A stretch of DNA of 64,000 nt from Phoronis australis (Eukaryota; Animalia; Phoronida): NCBI GenBank assembly GCA_002633005.1, contig NMRA01000014.1:545229-609228 (forward strand), given 5' to 3'. Positions 63,215 through 64,000 of the stretch are shown here, one piece after another. Within the stretch, counting starts at the first letter, position 1; each line of letters begins with the position of its first letter. The translations under genes were made by a program, and so were the position numbers. Under the pieces are notes generated by a model. That model searched no databases. It worked only from the letters and a program-made list of their open reading frames with translations, and was not told the DNA's origin.

Positions 63215-63650
63215 AAAATGAACTTAAGTTTTTCGCTGAAAACTTAAGTTTTTGGCGAAAAAACTTAAGTTTTTGGAAAATAACTTAAGATTTAGAGGAA
63301 AAACTTAAGTTCTTCCGAAAAACTTAAGTTTTTAAAAGAAACTTAAGTTTTTCAGCACAATGTTAAGTTTTTCAGAAAACTTAAGTTTTTCAGAAAACTT
63401 AATTTTTTTCAAGTGTAAAACTTAAGTTTTCACAAATAAACTTAAGTTTCAAGTAATAACTTAAGTTTTCCTGAAAACTTAAGTTTTTTTGTACTAACAA
63501 AACTTAAGTTTTTCTGATAACTTAAGTTTATCACAAAACTTAAGTTTTTGTAATTTTAAAAACTTAAGTTTTCCTGACTTCTTAAGTTTTTCAGAAAACT
63601 GGATTTTTTCATTTGTGGAAAACTTGAATTTTCTAAAAACTTTAATGTTT
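63215..63650. repeat. Minisatellite of the palindromic unit AAAACTTAAGTTTT (~22 copies, period ~18-25 bp)
   Basis: Repeated aacttaagtt cores separated by short variable linkers, degenerating at the right end. Confidence 0.92.
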
Positions 63651-64000
63651 CTATGTGACTGTACTTCGGGAGCAAGTTTTCTGTTATACAGAATTTGTTG
63701 AATACACGACACTTTTCATTGTTCACGGTCTTTATTCCGTTGCGTTCATACTTTCTGAACAAAACTCTACTCTCTACTGAACATAGATACAGTAACTGAC
63801 CTAGCGACATAATTAAAAGACACACGATATTTCGAAACATACTTGTTTCATTCTCAAGTGAAGATAAAATGACGCAGTAATGCCACCACAGAGTATAAGC
63901 TGACGACACACACAGTGAGACACGGCGGGTGTGAAATACTGCAAAGAATGACTAATGAATTGGGGTAACAGGAAAGTCACGCAAACAAGTGTAACGTGCG

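Noticed and set aside
63215-63650. CRISPR-like look (palindromic repeat with variable spacers)
   Set aside because: Repeats are ~14 bp and spacers only ~4-10 bp, there are no cas genes, and the context is eukaryotic and intronic. It is a minisatellite.

Overview
AT-rich (roughly 35-40% GC by eye), intron-containing eukaryotic DNA, probably from a marine invertebrate. It is almost entirely non-coding and transposon-derived, and there are no bacterial-style genes or CRISPR arrays. Two host exons are supportable: a terminal coding exon at 174-539, and a phase 1-1 fibronectin type III exon at 62043-62321 of a receptor-like gene. Between them lies a dense set of mobile elements. DNA transposons: a TA-flanked foldback element, several CWG-target PIF/Harbinger-type MITEs, two inverted copies of an ISL2EU-type THAP+YqaJ element, Kolobok-like THAP remnants, and CAGGGGCGG MITEs with 5-bp TSDs. 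Retroelements: a Gmr1-like Gypsy gag/PBS/LTR plus a solo LTR of the same family, and RTE, DIRS, L1/Tx1 and Penelope fragments. A ~13.5-kb head-to-tail tandem duplication carries a decayed Polinton/adintovirus-type protein-primed DNA polymerase B. The most notable structures are a 303-bp Penelope-like insert with two divergent hammerhead ribozyme motifs inside the solo LTR, the polB-bearing duplication with TGTA at all three junctions, a perfect 95-bp palindrome, and a palindromic minisatellite. I see no clear evidence for a wholly new system. All family assignments come from motif recognition by eye, not from database searches.
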